Shown here in pieces: positions 39,421 to 47,281 of a stretch of 64,000 bases of DNA (its first letter is position 1; each line of letters starts with the position of its first letter). Location: positions 17,908 to 81,907 of the IMG/VR virus record IMGVR_UViG_3300045974_000399, one strand, 5' to 3'. This DNA is from a virus. The position numbers and the translations under genes were made by a program. The notes under the pieces were generated by a model. It was given only the letters and a program-made list of their open reading frames with translations, was not told the origin of the DNA and did not search any database.

Positions 39421-40291
39421 GCTCTCTGTCCCGCTGCTCTCTTATTGCTTTGAAATCAGCATCGAAATCTTTTCTGGCATTGTAAATGTTGTTCCACTGA
39501 GCTACAGTAAACTTAGAGGTATACTCTTGCCAGTGCAGTACATTCTGGCCATCAAGGAAAGAACCTTCCGCTAATCTAGTGGCATCAGTAGGTTGAATCC
39601 ACTTGGTTCGGCACACCCTTAAGATACGAGCTTTCTTTCTTTCGTCTTCAACAAGGTAAAACGTACCCTTCTTAAGAATAGCCGCCCTAACTGCTTTTAT
39701 GTCCAGGGCCTTAGAGGGCTTGGTGTTGGTAACAAGATTCGGAAACCCTATGATAGGTTCCCCTGCGTCATCCGTTTCCCTTCTCCATATGAAGGCCCCT
39801 GACTTTGGTGCTTTATTTGGATCTGAGTACACCGTACCGTCAGTCCCAGGATAGTTAGACAATAGCGGCTTCTTAAGCTTGGAATCCAGCAAAAGGCTGC
39901 GTAGATTTTTTGGGTCTAGGTTACCCGAATACTTTGATATGTACTTATTGACCCTAACTTCTCGGGGCGTCGCAGGTTTCTTGGGAGCCCCGGTAGAATC
40001 TGTACGCTCATCTTTGATCTTTGTTGTACGCGGCTTCTTATCGGACCGAATGTCTTTGATAGGTGACTTCCCTTTTTTAACCGGAGATTCCTTTATGGCT
40101 ACCTTCGGCTTCTTTTCAGGCTTTTCCTTAGCGATAGGCACCCGCTTTTTCCAGGAGGTGTCAAAAACTTCCTGAACGCTGGTTGTCCAGCGCTTACCTG
40201 CCAGCTTAACCTTGGACTTTGCCTTGACTAGTACCTCTGGCTTAGATAGACCTTTACCCTTCAGCTTAAGAATGTAATCAGATAACGTCAC
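39407..40291 (-). CDS. Lys-rich protein with shared N-terminal domain
   Basis: N-terminus aligns with SprT-like gene; GGAGG RBS, GTG start. Confidence 0.6.
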   Translation of the reverse strand: MTLSDYILKLKGKGLSKPEVLVKAKSKVKLAGKRWTTSVQEVFDTSWKKRVPIAKEKPEKKPKVAIKESPVKKGKSPIKDIRSDKKPRTTKIKDERTDSTGAPKKPATPREVRVNKYISKYSGNLDPKNLRSLLLDSKLKKPLLSNYPGTDGTVYSDPNKAPKSGAFIWRRETDDAGEPIIGFPNLVTNTKPSKALDIKAVRAAILKKGTFYLVEDERKKARILRVCRTKWIQPTDATRLAEGSFLDGQNVLHWQEYTSKFTVAQWNNIYNARKDFDADFKAIREQRDREHVNR

Positions 40292-40303
40292 GGCCCCCTC
40301 CTG

Positions 40304-40936
40304 TTAAAAGTCGATATTCTGTTGCTTAACTATATCACGGGTCCTGAAGTTATACGCTATGAGCTGACCCATACCCTTCTTATCCCGCGTTATGCCTCCA
40401 TCCAGTACTACCTTTGTCCTCTTTCGGGCTTGACTCTTTATTACACTCTGCTTAGTTGGAGTGTGACCCTCCAATATAGTAGTATGAGTATCCACGTTAA
40501 CTATATCCAGATCACCATGATGAAGCACATACTTCTTTGTAGTAACAACTGAAGGCATCTCACGCAGAAGCTTTATATACTTTCGAGGTATCTGCTTAAC
40601 TTCACTAGCTCCAAAGCTTTGAAGAGTCTCTGGATACTTTTTCTCAAACTCAACCCGATGCACAGGCATTGTCCAAGCATCAAGAAGTTTCTGGTCATTG
40701 TTCCCGCGAATGAATACTACTTCTTGGCCTCTGTCCCGCAATGCTATCAGGATATCCAAAACGCCTTTAGAATCAGGGCCCTTGTTGATATAGTCCCCAA
40801 GAAAGTACAGTTTATCAATAGCCCTAAGCTTTATCTTGGATAACAGCTTTAGAAGTGTCTTGGGACATCCATGCGTGTCACCTATCGCCCATTTATTTCT
40901 AGTTTCAATACTTGCCAACGCTCTGATAACTTTCAC
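40304..40936 (-). CDS. Metallophosphoesterase (PPP / lambda phosphatase-like)
   Basis: GDTHG, GDYINKGPDS, RGNND, HG, GHTP motifs. Confidence 0.88.
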   Translation of the reverse strand: MKVIRALASIETRNKWAIGDTHGCPKTLLKLLSKIKLRAIDKLYFLGDYINKGPDSKGVLDILIALRDRGQEVVFIRGNNDQKLLDAWTMPVHRVEFEKKYPETLQSFGASEVKQIPRKYIKLLREMPSVVTTKKYVLHHGDLDIVNVDTHTTILEGHTPTKQSVIKSQARKRTKVVLDGGITRDKKGMGQLIAYNFRTRDIVKQQNIDF

Positions 40937-41499
40937 TATGTCCTCCTTGCCATTCCCTCTGGTCTGGATACGTTAAGACCCTTAGAGTCTCTGTCGTAGC
41001 GTTCCTTAGGGAAGGTCTTGAATATATCCGAGATGTCTTCGCACTCAATCTTACTAAATAGCATTTCATCGGTAGTACGAGAGTTCTTTGATGGCCGTAA
41101 AAGTAAATGCACAGGAATAAGCACGTTATCCCCGAATACATCCTGAATGGCTTTACAACGAGTACGGCCTTCATGCCCACCTGTCTGCCAAAACTTATCC
41201 GCTATAACCCAATGCAGGGTTAAGAATGGATTACCCATCGGTGTACCCTCCTCAATACATCTTTTCATGAAGTTTGAGTTAGGGTACTCAGTTCTAACTT
41301 TAGCCAGAAACAGAAACTCTTTGGGCTTCATATAGCAGGTTACACCTTCATACTCTATATTCTCATTGAATGGCGTCTGACCCACTCCATAACGAGCATT
41401 AAACAGTTGATCCATGCAGGGCATACCAGCTATGTACTTATTATCCCCTACTCGGGGCTTGAAGGAGTTGGAAAGTATTCTATATCGGGTCACACGCAT
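40936..41499 (-). CDS. ParB/Srx-like domain protein
   Basis: P.L......W...GHEGRTR..A.......IPV; TGATG coupling to TerL-C stop. Confidence 0.45.
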   Translation of the reverse strand: MRVTRYRILSNSFKPRVGDNKYIAGMPCMDQLFNARYGVGQTPFNENIEYEGVTCYMKPKEFLFLAKVRTEYPNSNFMKRCIEEGTPMGNPFLTLHWVIADKFWQTGGHEGRTRCKAIQDVFGDNVLIPVHLLLRPSKNSRTTDEMLFSKIECEDISDIFKTFPKERYDRDSKGLNVSRPEGMARRT

Positions 41500-43019
41500 C
41501 AGCATCTCCTTCGTATCGTCCCCATTGCCTTACCGTCAGATGCTAACTGAGAACCTACACTTGCGCCTTTACTACTCCCCATCTTTGTTGTAACTGAACC
41601 CAGCGCGCCACCCCCTGATGATACTGCGTCAGGACCATTAAACAGGTCTTGATTCTCATCTGCCAGAAGTCTAGTCATAGCCAAGCAATATGCACGGAAC
41701 ATATCATCATTAAGATTTTCGCCTTTCAGCACCTTAGACCCAGAGTCCTGAACGGTAATACATTGAAGAACAAAGTGGGCGACAGGGGCCTTAGAGAAGC
41801 AATTAGGATAACTGGCGTGGTCATACTCCATTATCTCATCTTTTTCCCACTCAGGCCGCGGTAAAGATACTTCCTTGTCTTCTAGATAGGCTTTGGCAAT
41901 GCCCATTTCAGAATACGATACTGAGTACTGATGAGCATCTATCTCATGGGCTGCTGCGATATCCTGCAACAGCTTTATAGATTGCCACCTGTCAGCACAA
42001 ACCATCTGTATGTTCCGGCTCTCTATCAAGGGCACGATGAGCTTGGCATACACAAGAGAGTGGTTAACTGGAACTCCAGGCAAAGGCTGTACTTCAAGAA
42101 GCAAATCAATAACTGGCTGACCGGTATCCCTGTCGATATGCGCTATGCAGCAACCAAAAGCGTTGTTTGAAAACCCTGCATCCAAAGCCAGTATGGAAGG
42201 ACGCTTGGCTCTTCGTATCTTTCCAGGGATAGCAAATCGCGTTATATCCTTTGACTTCTTATTCGTGCGCTGTCTAAAGGATATCTCTGTGGCATTCCGA
42301 TAGTTCTTAGAGCACTCCAGAACAGTCATTATATTTCGGATGAACGGGTTATTCGTCAAAGGTGGATTTGCCCCGTAGTCGCGTTCCGCTTCAACAGGGT
42401 CCTTTGTATACTCAGCAGCCAAATCTTCCCGGGTTATGTTTGGATTCATCTCCCAGGTTGGTCGGTGAAACGCCAGTATTGTATTCGTCAACTTGGCCTG
42501 CTTTACCAAGCTCATTATCTTATCACGAGCATGCGAAGGAGAACTGACGTTTGTGAAGTATGCAGTTAGGATGTTGTCGTAGCCATTTCGTATCAGCTTA
42601 TTCGCTGCTGCTCTAACAGTAAGAAGCGAACGCTCAAGCGCGATATACACCTCGCCCGCGTCATCCTTTATCTTCTTCTTCAAAGCGTCGTTATTGAACC
42701 ACCCGATCTCATCTATAGCCCCAAAGAATCTGGTTCTACCGCGTAGAGTTTTCTTGTTTGGACCCGAGGCGTACATCAGGAGTTTTCTGTGGCGATATAG
42801 GATGAACGTATCCTTAAACCGATATAGCTCTTCACCGTACCGCTCTGAGTACTCATCCAGCATTTCATGATAAGCACAATTATGAACATTTACCCCATTC
42901 GCAAAATAGTTATGATGATTCTCAACCTCTATATCGTAAACTGGTTTTAACCCCACAGAACGTATTGAAGTAACCGTTGCTAACTTTATTCTTTTACCGT
43001 CAATTTCAATCTCACGCAT
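41499..43019 (-). CDS. terL: Terminase large subunit, C-terminal part, preceded by split intein C-fragment
   Basis: 47-aa IntC ending VYDIEV...NYFANGVNVHN then Cys+1; LRGR...AIDE (Walker B), SSP, LALDAG nuclease motif; AAGGA RBS before ATG 43019. Confidence 0.9.
   Translation of the reverse strand: MREIEIDGKRIKLATVTSIRSVGLKPVYDIEVENHHNYFANGVNVHNCAYHEMLDEYSERYGEELYRFKDTFILYRHRKLLMYASGPNKKTLRGRTRFFGAIDEIGWFNNDALKKKIKDDAGEVYIALERSLLTVRAAANKLIRNGYDNILTAYFTNVSSPSHARDKIMSLVKQAKLTNTILAFHRPTWEMNPNITREDLAAEYTKDPVEAERDYGANPPLTNNPFIRNIMTVLECSKNYRNATEISFRQRTNKKSKDITRFAIPGKIRRAKRPSILALDAGFSNNAFGCCIAHIDRDTGQPVIDLLLEVQPLPGVPVNHSLVYAKLIVPLIESRNIQMVCADRWQSIKLLQDIAAAHEIDAHQYSVSYSEMGIAKAYLEDKEVSLPRPEWEKDEIMEYDHASYPNCFSKAPVAHFVLQCITVQDSGSKVLKGENLNDDMFRAYCLAMTRLLADENQDLFNGPDAVSSGGGALGSVTTKMGSSKGASVGSQLASDGKAMGTIRRRC
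42879..43019 (-). mobile_element. Split intein C-fragment (47 aa)
   Basis: Intein block F (VYDIEV) and block G (HN|C). Confidence 0.92.
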
Positions 43020-43941
43020 ATGATTTTTCCTTGACGAGGGAGCCATTACGCCGCATTACTAGGATTTTAAATTCAAATCCAGCTTCTAGGCAGGCTTTAC
43101 GTTTTCTTGTATTCACCTTTTTCTTTTGTCGCTGCGTAAAGGTACTCTTTACTTCAACGATAAGATTTAAATGTGGAATATAAATATCAGGATGGTATAC
43201 GTGTTTCTTTCTCTCAAAGGTATAGGGTATACTAGGAATACCTTTGCAGCCAATACCACACCTTATTTGAGAAGGCGATATACCTGAGGCCAGTAGATAA
43301 TCCAAAGCTTGTGGCTCATAACCTTGAATCAAAACAATTTTTCTACCCAACTTGTACTCTTTGTGATTATACGAAGTAATTAGATTCTTATCAAATAGTT
43401 CTTTATTCTGAAGTGCATGCTCAGCTCCATAGCGTTTTAACATCGTGCTTTTAATCTTTTCTCTTACCTCAGGTCTCTGTGCAGAATGTGCTACCCCGTA
43501 CTTTTTTATACTCTTCTTTTTAGCACGTAACTTAGAACAATCTGGTTCAGGACAACCTGCTATTCGTAAGTTAGAAAATATTGGTTTCCATATATGCCCA
43601 CAACGTAGACATTCTGCAGTTACTCTTTTGTTCATCCTAAGCAATAGCTTTTTGGTAATAACCCTTATTTTTTGTTTACTAAGATTTTTCAGCATTCTTT
43701 CAGTTGAAAAGCTAGAGCTATTCTTTGCCCTCTCAAGCTGGTCCTTTTGACGTTGACAGACACAGCGATATTTACGAAAATAGTAAAGGTGTCGTTCTCG
43801 AGTATCCCCGCATTCCCTACATTTAGCCTTTAAGATGCTAGAGGTTACACGCTCTAGTATTTCGTAGGTAGATACCTTGAGTATCTGCTGGACCTCAAGA
43901 AATGTTCTTTCAGTTTTTTCCTTGCGTGTTTCTGTAGGCAT
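43012..43941 (-). CDS. Free-standing homing endonuclease, PD-(D/E)xK type with zinc-finger repeats
   Basis: CRECG, CLRCGH.W, KKYGV / KRYG repeats, YHPDIYI....LIVEVKS; AT-rich; lies between intein halves. Confidence 0.85.
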   Translation of the reverse strand: MPTETRKEKTERTFLEVQQILKVSTYEILERVTSSILKAKCRECGDTRERHLYYFRKYRCVCQRQKDQLERAKNSSSFSTERMLKNLSKQKIRVITKKLLLRMNKRVTAECLRCGHIWKPIFSNLRIAGCPEPDCSKLRAKKKSIKKYGVAHSAQRPEVREKIKSTMLKRYGAEHALQNKELFDKNLITSYNHKEYKLGRKIVLIQGYEPQALDYLLASGISPSQIRCGIGCKGIPSIPYTFERKKHVYHPDIYIPHLNLIVEVKSTFTQRQKKKVNTRKRKACLEAGFEFKILVMRRNGSLVKEKSYA

Positions 43942-44018
43942 GCTGTCTCCTAGACAATCTTTGATATACCTCAAATTACGATAATCAAAGATTGTCTAGC
44001 ATTGCGTGATAAACCAGC

Positions 44019-45005
44019 CTATTCTACTACAACTTCATCACCTTCACGCAGTTCAGATACTTTCTTCCAAACTAGCCGGTTGTTCTCAAAGACACGTACC
44101 TGATGTTTATCTGTAGCAGGAAGCTGTTGATTTGTGTCTAGAGAGATTTCAAAGCATTCCTTCACACCATTATTGAATAGCTGTACCGCCTTTTCGGGCC
44201 CCTCAAGTGTCCGAAGTAAATCACCTGGGCAGATGTCTTCGATCAACTTCTTTGAGCCATCAGCTAAGGTAATCTCTGTACCTTTGGCGATACAGAACCA
44301 AGGCGACTCAGCTAGATATTCATAGAAAGGGTCCCACAGTGTTTCCTTTGCTTGTGCGTAAGTCAAAGCAACGAAAGTACCATGAAGTATTGTCCCTGCA
44401 TTTAATCCTAACAGTTGGATAGGATTCTGCAGCTTAAGAAACCTGTGGACAATGTACGCAGCAATCATGGCAATCATATGCGACTTGGCACTACGTTGCC
44501 CTGCTAGTCCAGCTAGCTCTTGATAGGGTTTAAGCTCCCCGTTGTTTATCATGTCAGAGCGCTTAGCCCCGCACTTAGGGCACTTACCATACACAAGCAG
44601 CGTTACTTTTTTCTTGAACAGCTTAAGAGAGGCGTCAACAGGAACGTTCTCAAACCACACTAAGTCAGTACAGTGTGGACAATACTCCTGAAATAATTTT
44701 GTGGGTATCTCATTCTGACGAGCAAATCCCTTAACCTTAAGGAACTCTGCCCCGTTCAAGAATGTTACAAAGTTTGGAGCAGTAGGAAGATGTGAATCAT
44801 TTATTTTTACGTCCAGCGGCACGCCCAAATCGGACTTAAGTATCGACTTAATCAGGCGATACATGTTGAACTTTACATCTGGAGCCGATACTTCGGGTAA
44901 CCGTGAACTGGTTGATGTCTGGTTAGGGTCTGTGTTTACATCTAGAAATAAATCTACTCTCTTTATTGGTACAGGTTTTACTGATTTCAGTTTTTTGCGC
45001 TTCAT
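44019..45005 (-). CDS. terL: Terminase large subunit, N-terminal part, ending in split intein N-fragment
   Basis: AGQRSAKS Walker A-like motif, QA...W, then SPWF|CIAKGTEITLADG. Confidence 0.9.
   Translation of the reverse strand: MKRKKLKSVKPVPIKRVDLFLDVNTDPNQTSTSSRLPEVSAPDVKFNMYRLIKSILKSDLGVPLDVKINDSHLPTAPNFVTFLNGAEFLKVKGFARQNEIPTKLFQEYCPHCTDLVWFENVPVDASLKLFKKKVTLLVYGKCPKCGAKRSDMINNGELKPYQELAGLAGQRSAKSHMIAMIAAYIVHRFLKLQNPIQLLGLNAGTILHGTFVALTYAQAKETLWDPFYEYLAESPWFCIAKGTEITLADGSKKLIEDICPGDLLRTLEGPEKAVQLFNNGVKECFEISLDTNQQLPATDKHQVRVFENNRLVWKKVSELREGDEVVVE
44022..44294 (-). mobile_element. Split intein N-fragment (91 aa)
   Basis: Block A CIAKGT.I.LADG...IEDI..GD; block B ATDKH; ends W....EL..GD.V then stop. 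Confidence 0.92.
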
Positions 45006-45022
45006 TTAGTGCCTCGTGGCAT

Positions 45023-45205
45023 CTATTTAGTTTTTCTTGACTTAGCTCTATTACTAGTTATCCTAGAGACATACGCCCAGTAATGAGAATCGCGTTCGCC
45101 AAACTTCTTATCGGCTTGTAACTTAGCGGCTTCCCAGTACTCCTCTAGTTTCGCAAGAGGTACTCTAGTAGATTTATGTAAAGCAAGTAGCTGATTAGCT
45201 GGCAT
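45023..45205 (-). CDS. Small helical protein
   Basis: 60 aa, GGGAG RBS. Confidence 0.5.
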   Translation of the reverse strand: MPANQLLALHKSTRVPLAKLEEYWEAAKLQADKKFGERDSHYWAYVSRITSNRAKSRKTK

Positions 45206-45220
45206 ACACGTCTCCCTGCA

Positions 45221-45475
45221 TTATACGGTTATCTGTTCACCTTGATGCCCTGTATTAGCATCCTTCGGTGGATTTCTTTTGCCTCGGGCTCCCATGCCCC
45301 TCGGCCAACCTTTTTGGCTCTTTATATCATCTTCTGTTTGTTCCATCACCTGCTCCAGCGCATCCACGTTAGGGTGTAGTGGCTCCTCATCCAATGGCCC
45401 GGACTGAGTTTTAGGTGCCATATTATAGTCGGATCCCCACCCACTTGAAGTTATTGCTACACGTTTTATTTTCAT
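45221..45475 (-). CDS. Small hypothetical protein with MK leader
   Basis: MKIKRVAITS start. Confidence 0.45.
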   Translation of the reverse strand: MKIKRVAITSSGWGSDYNMAPKTQSGPLDEEPLHPNVDALEQVMEQTEDDIKSQKGWPRGMGARGKRNPPKDANTGHQGEQITV

Positions 45476-45485
45476 GGCCACACCC

Positions 45486-45992
45486 TTAGGATTCATCTAG
45501 TGGTTCAGAGGTCTCACTGGTTAGGGTTAATTTTCTATCCAGGAATATTTTGTTCAATATCTCCAAGAAATACTCCTTTTCACCTTGACTGCTCCAGCTG
45601 TTTACTACGCATAAAGTAAGATGTGGCTTATACTCTTCATAGTCAAAGGTGAACCCGTATTTCTTACGCAAAGCTGACTGGCGTTTATCCAAACTAGGGC
45701 AGGATAGCAGAGCTACCAGTATATCTCCCTCTGAAGTCTCTGCCCAATTCTCAACCCCAGTTATGTACGCAGTGTGCATTAGAGTTGGATCAGCAGAAAA
45801 CGCATCATTATCGGTTCGCGAGTATATCTCAGTAACATGCAAGCTATCTGGATCTCTAACAGTGCAGTTAATCTGGAGCTTAACTCTGTCTATCAAACAG
45901 CAGATTGTGTTAGCGGCACTCAGTAGAGGTTTTACTGAAACATATACTCCACCGGGCGCTGCTTTGGCTAAAGTAATAGTCAGTACTCTCAT
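45486..45992 (-). CDS. acb1: 2H phosphoesterase, Acb1 / T4 gp57B-like anti-CBASS nuclease
   Basis: Two HxT motifs (LHVTEIYSR, YKPHLTL) plus G.YV, W...G..LV..L..P.L and G...DY..Y.PH.TL pattern recalled for Acb1. Confidence 0.8.
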   Translation of the reverse strand: MRVLTITLAKAAPGGVYVSVKPLLSAANTICCLIDRVKLQINCTVRDPDSLHVTEIYSRTDNDAFSADPTLMHTAYITGVENWAETSEGDILVALLSCPSLDKRQSALRKKYGFTFDYEEYKPHLTLCVVNSWSSQGEKEYFLEILNKIFLDRKLTLTSETSEPLDES

Positions 45993-46023
45993 ACGATTTC
46001 CTTTTATCTGAATTTAGTACATA

Positions 46024-46043
46024 GGAGGGGCGATTGCCCCTCC
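46024..46043. terminator. Hairpin after fibre-like gene
   Basis: GGAGGGGC/GCCCCTCC stem. Confidence 0.5.
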
Positions 46044-46058
46044 CCTCAATCTAGGTAG

Positions 46059-46844
46059 TTACGCTTTATGCTTCAAGGCATATAGCGTGTAAGTATCCCC
46101 GGCAGTGGGGGTTATTACAGGCGCGCCAGAGTTGAAGAAAATAACAGACAGGGTTGTGCTGTTTGCGAAACTACACCCCAAAATGGTTAGCCCGGCTTGC
46201 AAAGTCTGTTTTGTCAGCCGAATAGGAATGTCCGTGGCGCTTAGCCCAGTAAAACCATCCAGGTACTGTTCGCTAATACCTGTAGCTACCCCGTTAAGAG
46301 CTCCGGTGGACGCATGGGATACAACTTCGTACCCATTGAGATATGCTGCGTCTGTTGCGCTTGTGGCACTTGTTGCTGTGTCCGCGGTAGTAGCGTGGTC
46401 CGCATTGGTGGCTGTGGTAGCTGTTGTGGCTGTGGTAGCAGAGTCTGCGGTGGTAGCATGACCGGCATTGGTAGCTGTTGTAGCTGTAGTGGCTGTAGTG
46501 GCGCTATCGGCAACAGTAGCATGTCCTGCATTTGTTGCTGTGTCAGCGGTAGTAGCATGATCCGCATTGGTAGCAGAATCAGCTGTGGTAGCATGACCAG
46601 CATTAGTCGCGGTAGTAGCTGTAGTTGCATGACCGGCATTGGTAGCGGTATCCGCTGCTACCGCATGGGCTACAGTACCCTCGAGATCAATTATGCCCAC
46701 TGCAGTAATGTACCCCGTTGATAAAGCATCAGAAAGGTCTGCTGACAGCGCGGATACTTCAAAAGAAGCACCAGCAGTTCTTTCCATGCCGTCAAGCTCA
46801 AGAGATCCATTCCCAATCTTACCTGTTACTGTGATCTTAATCAT
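46059..46844 (-). CDS. Short fibre-like protein with Ala/Thr repeats
   Basis: (ATTATNAGH / ATTADS)n followed by A.YLNG; strong RBS. Confidence 0.65.
   Translation of the reverse strand: MIKITVTGKIGNGSLELDGMERTAGASFEVSALSADLSDALSTGYITAVGIIDLEGTVAHAVAADTATNAGHATTATTATNAGHATTADSATNADHATTADTATNAGHATVADSATTATTATTATNAGHATTADSATTATTATTATNADHATTADTATSATSATDAAYLNGYEVVSHASTGALNGVATGISEQYLDGFTGLSATDIPIRLTKQTLQAGLTILGCSFANSTTLSVIFFNSGAPVITPTAGDTYTLYALKHKA
46350..46670 (-). repeat. Imperfect 9/27-nt tandem repeats (A-T-T / A-x-H-A)
   Basis: Recurrent gtagcatgaccggcattggtagc units. Confidence 0.8.
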
Positions 46845-46908
46845 CTCATTTCTCCTTGTGTGTGATATACCTCGTTAAGTTAATCGGCGGGGCAAAGTAG
46901 GGCGATAA

Positions 46909-47199
46909 CTAGATAGTAATCAGTTTAAGACCATTGACAAACTCCAGAAGCTTTTTGTCCACAGCAGTAAACAGGTCCGTATTATCTGTAGCTGCAGACT
47001 TTGTCTTTCGTAAAGCTGTTAGAGTCTCAATGTTCCTGCGATAGCATTGATGTAGCTCAGACTCAGGGCTGAGCTTAGCCGACCTAACCTCGGATGCTGC
47101 ACGGTCTTTCCAGTGGTCAAAGTCAAATTGGTCGCGCTTAGCTGCTATTCGTGATACTTCAGTTTCTGCCTCTTCCTTACTTAATTTTACGTCTTCCAT
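46909..47199 (-). CDS. Hypothetical protein
   Basis: 96 aa, AAGGAG RBS. Confidence 0.55.
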   Translation of the reverse strand: MEDVKLSKEEAETEVSRIAAKRDQFDFDHWKDRAASEVRSAKLSPESELHQCYRRNIETLTALRKTKSAATDNTDLFTAVDKKLLEFVNGLKLITI

Positions 47200-47281
47200 G
47201 TCTGTGTCTCCTTTTCACGCTATGCCCTCTCGGGCGCCCCCTGTGAGTTAAGGCCACAAACTTTTCCCCGCCAAATCGTTG

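Noticed and set aside
41499-45005. Terminase as pseudogene or group I intron-interrupted gene
   Set aside because: Both halves carry intact intein blocks and the C-part has its own RBS; the spacers are too short for a ribozyme core.
46350-46670. Tandem repeats as CRISPR or DGR
   Set aside because: In-frame coding repeats without spacers; no reverse transcriptase in the window.
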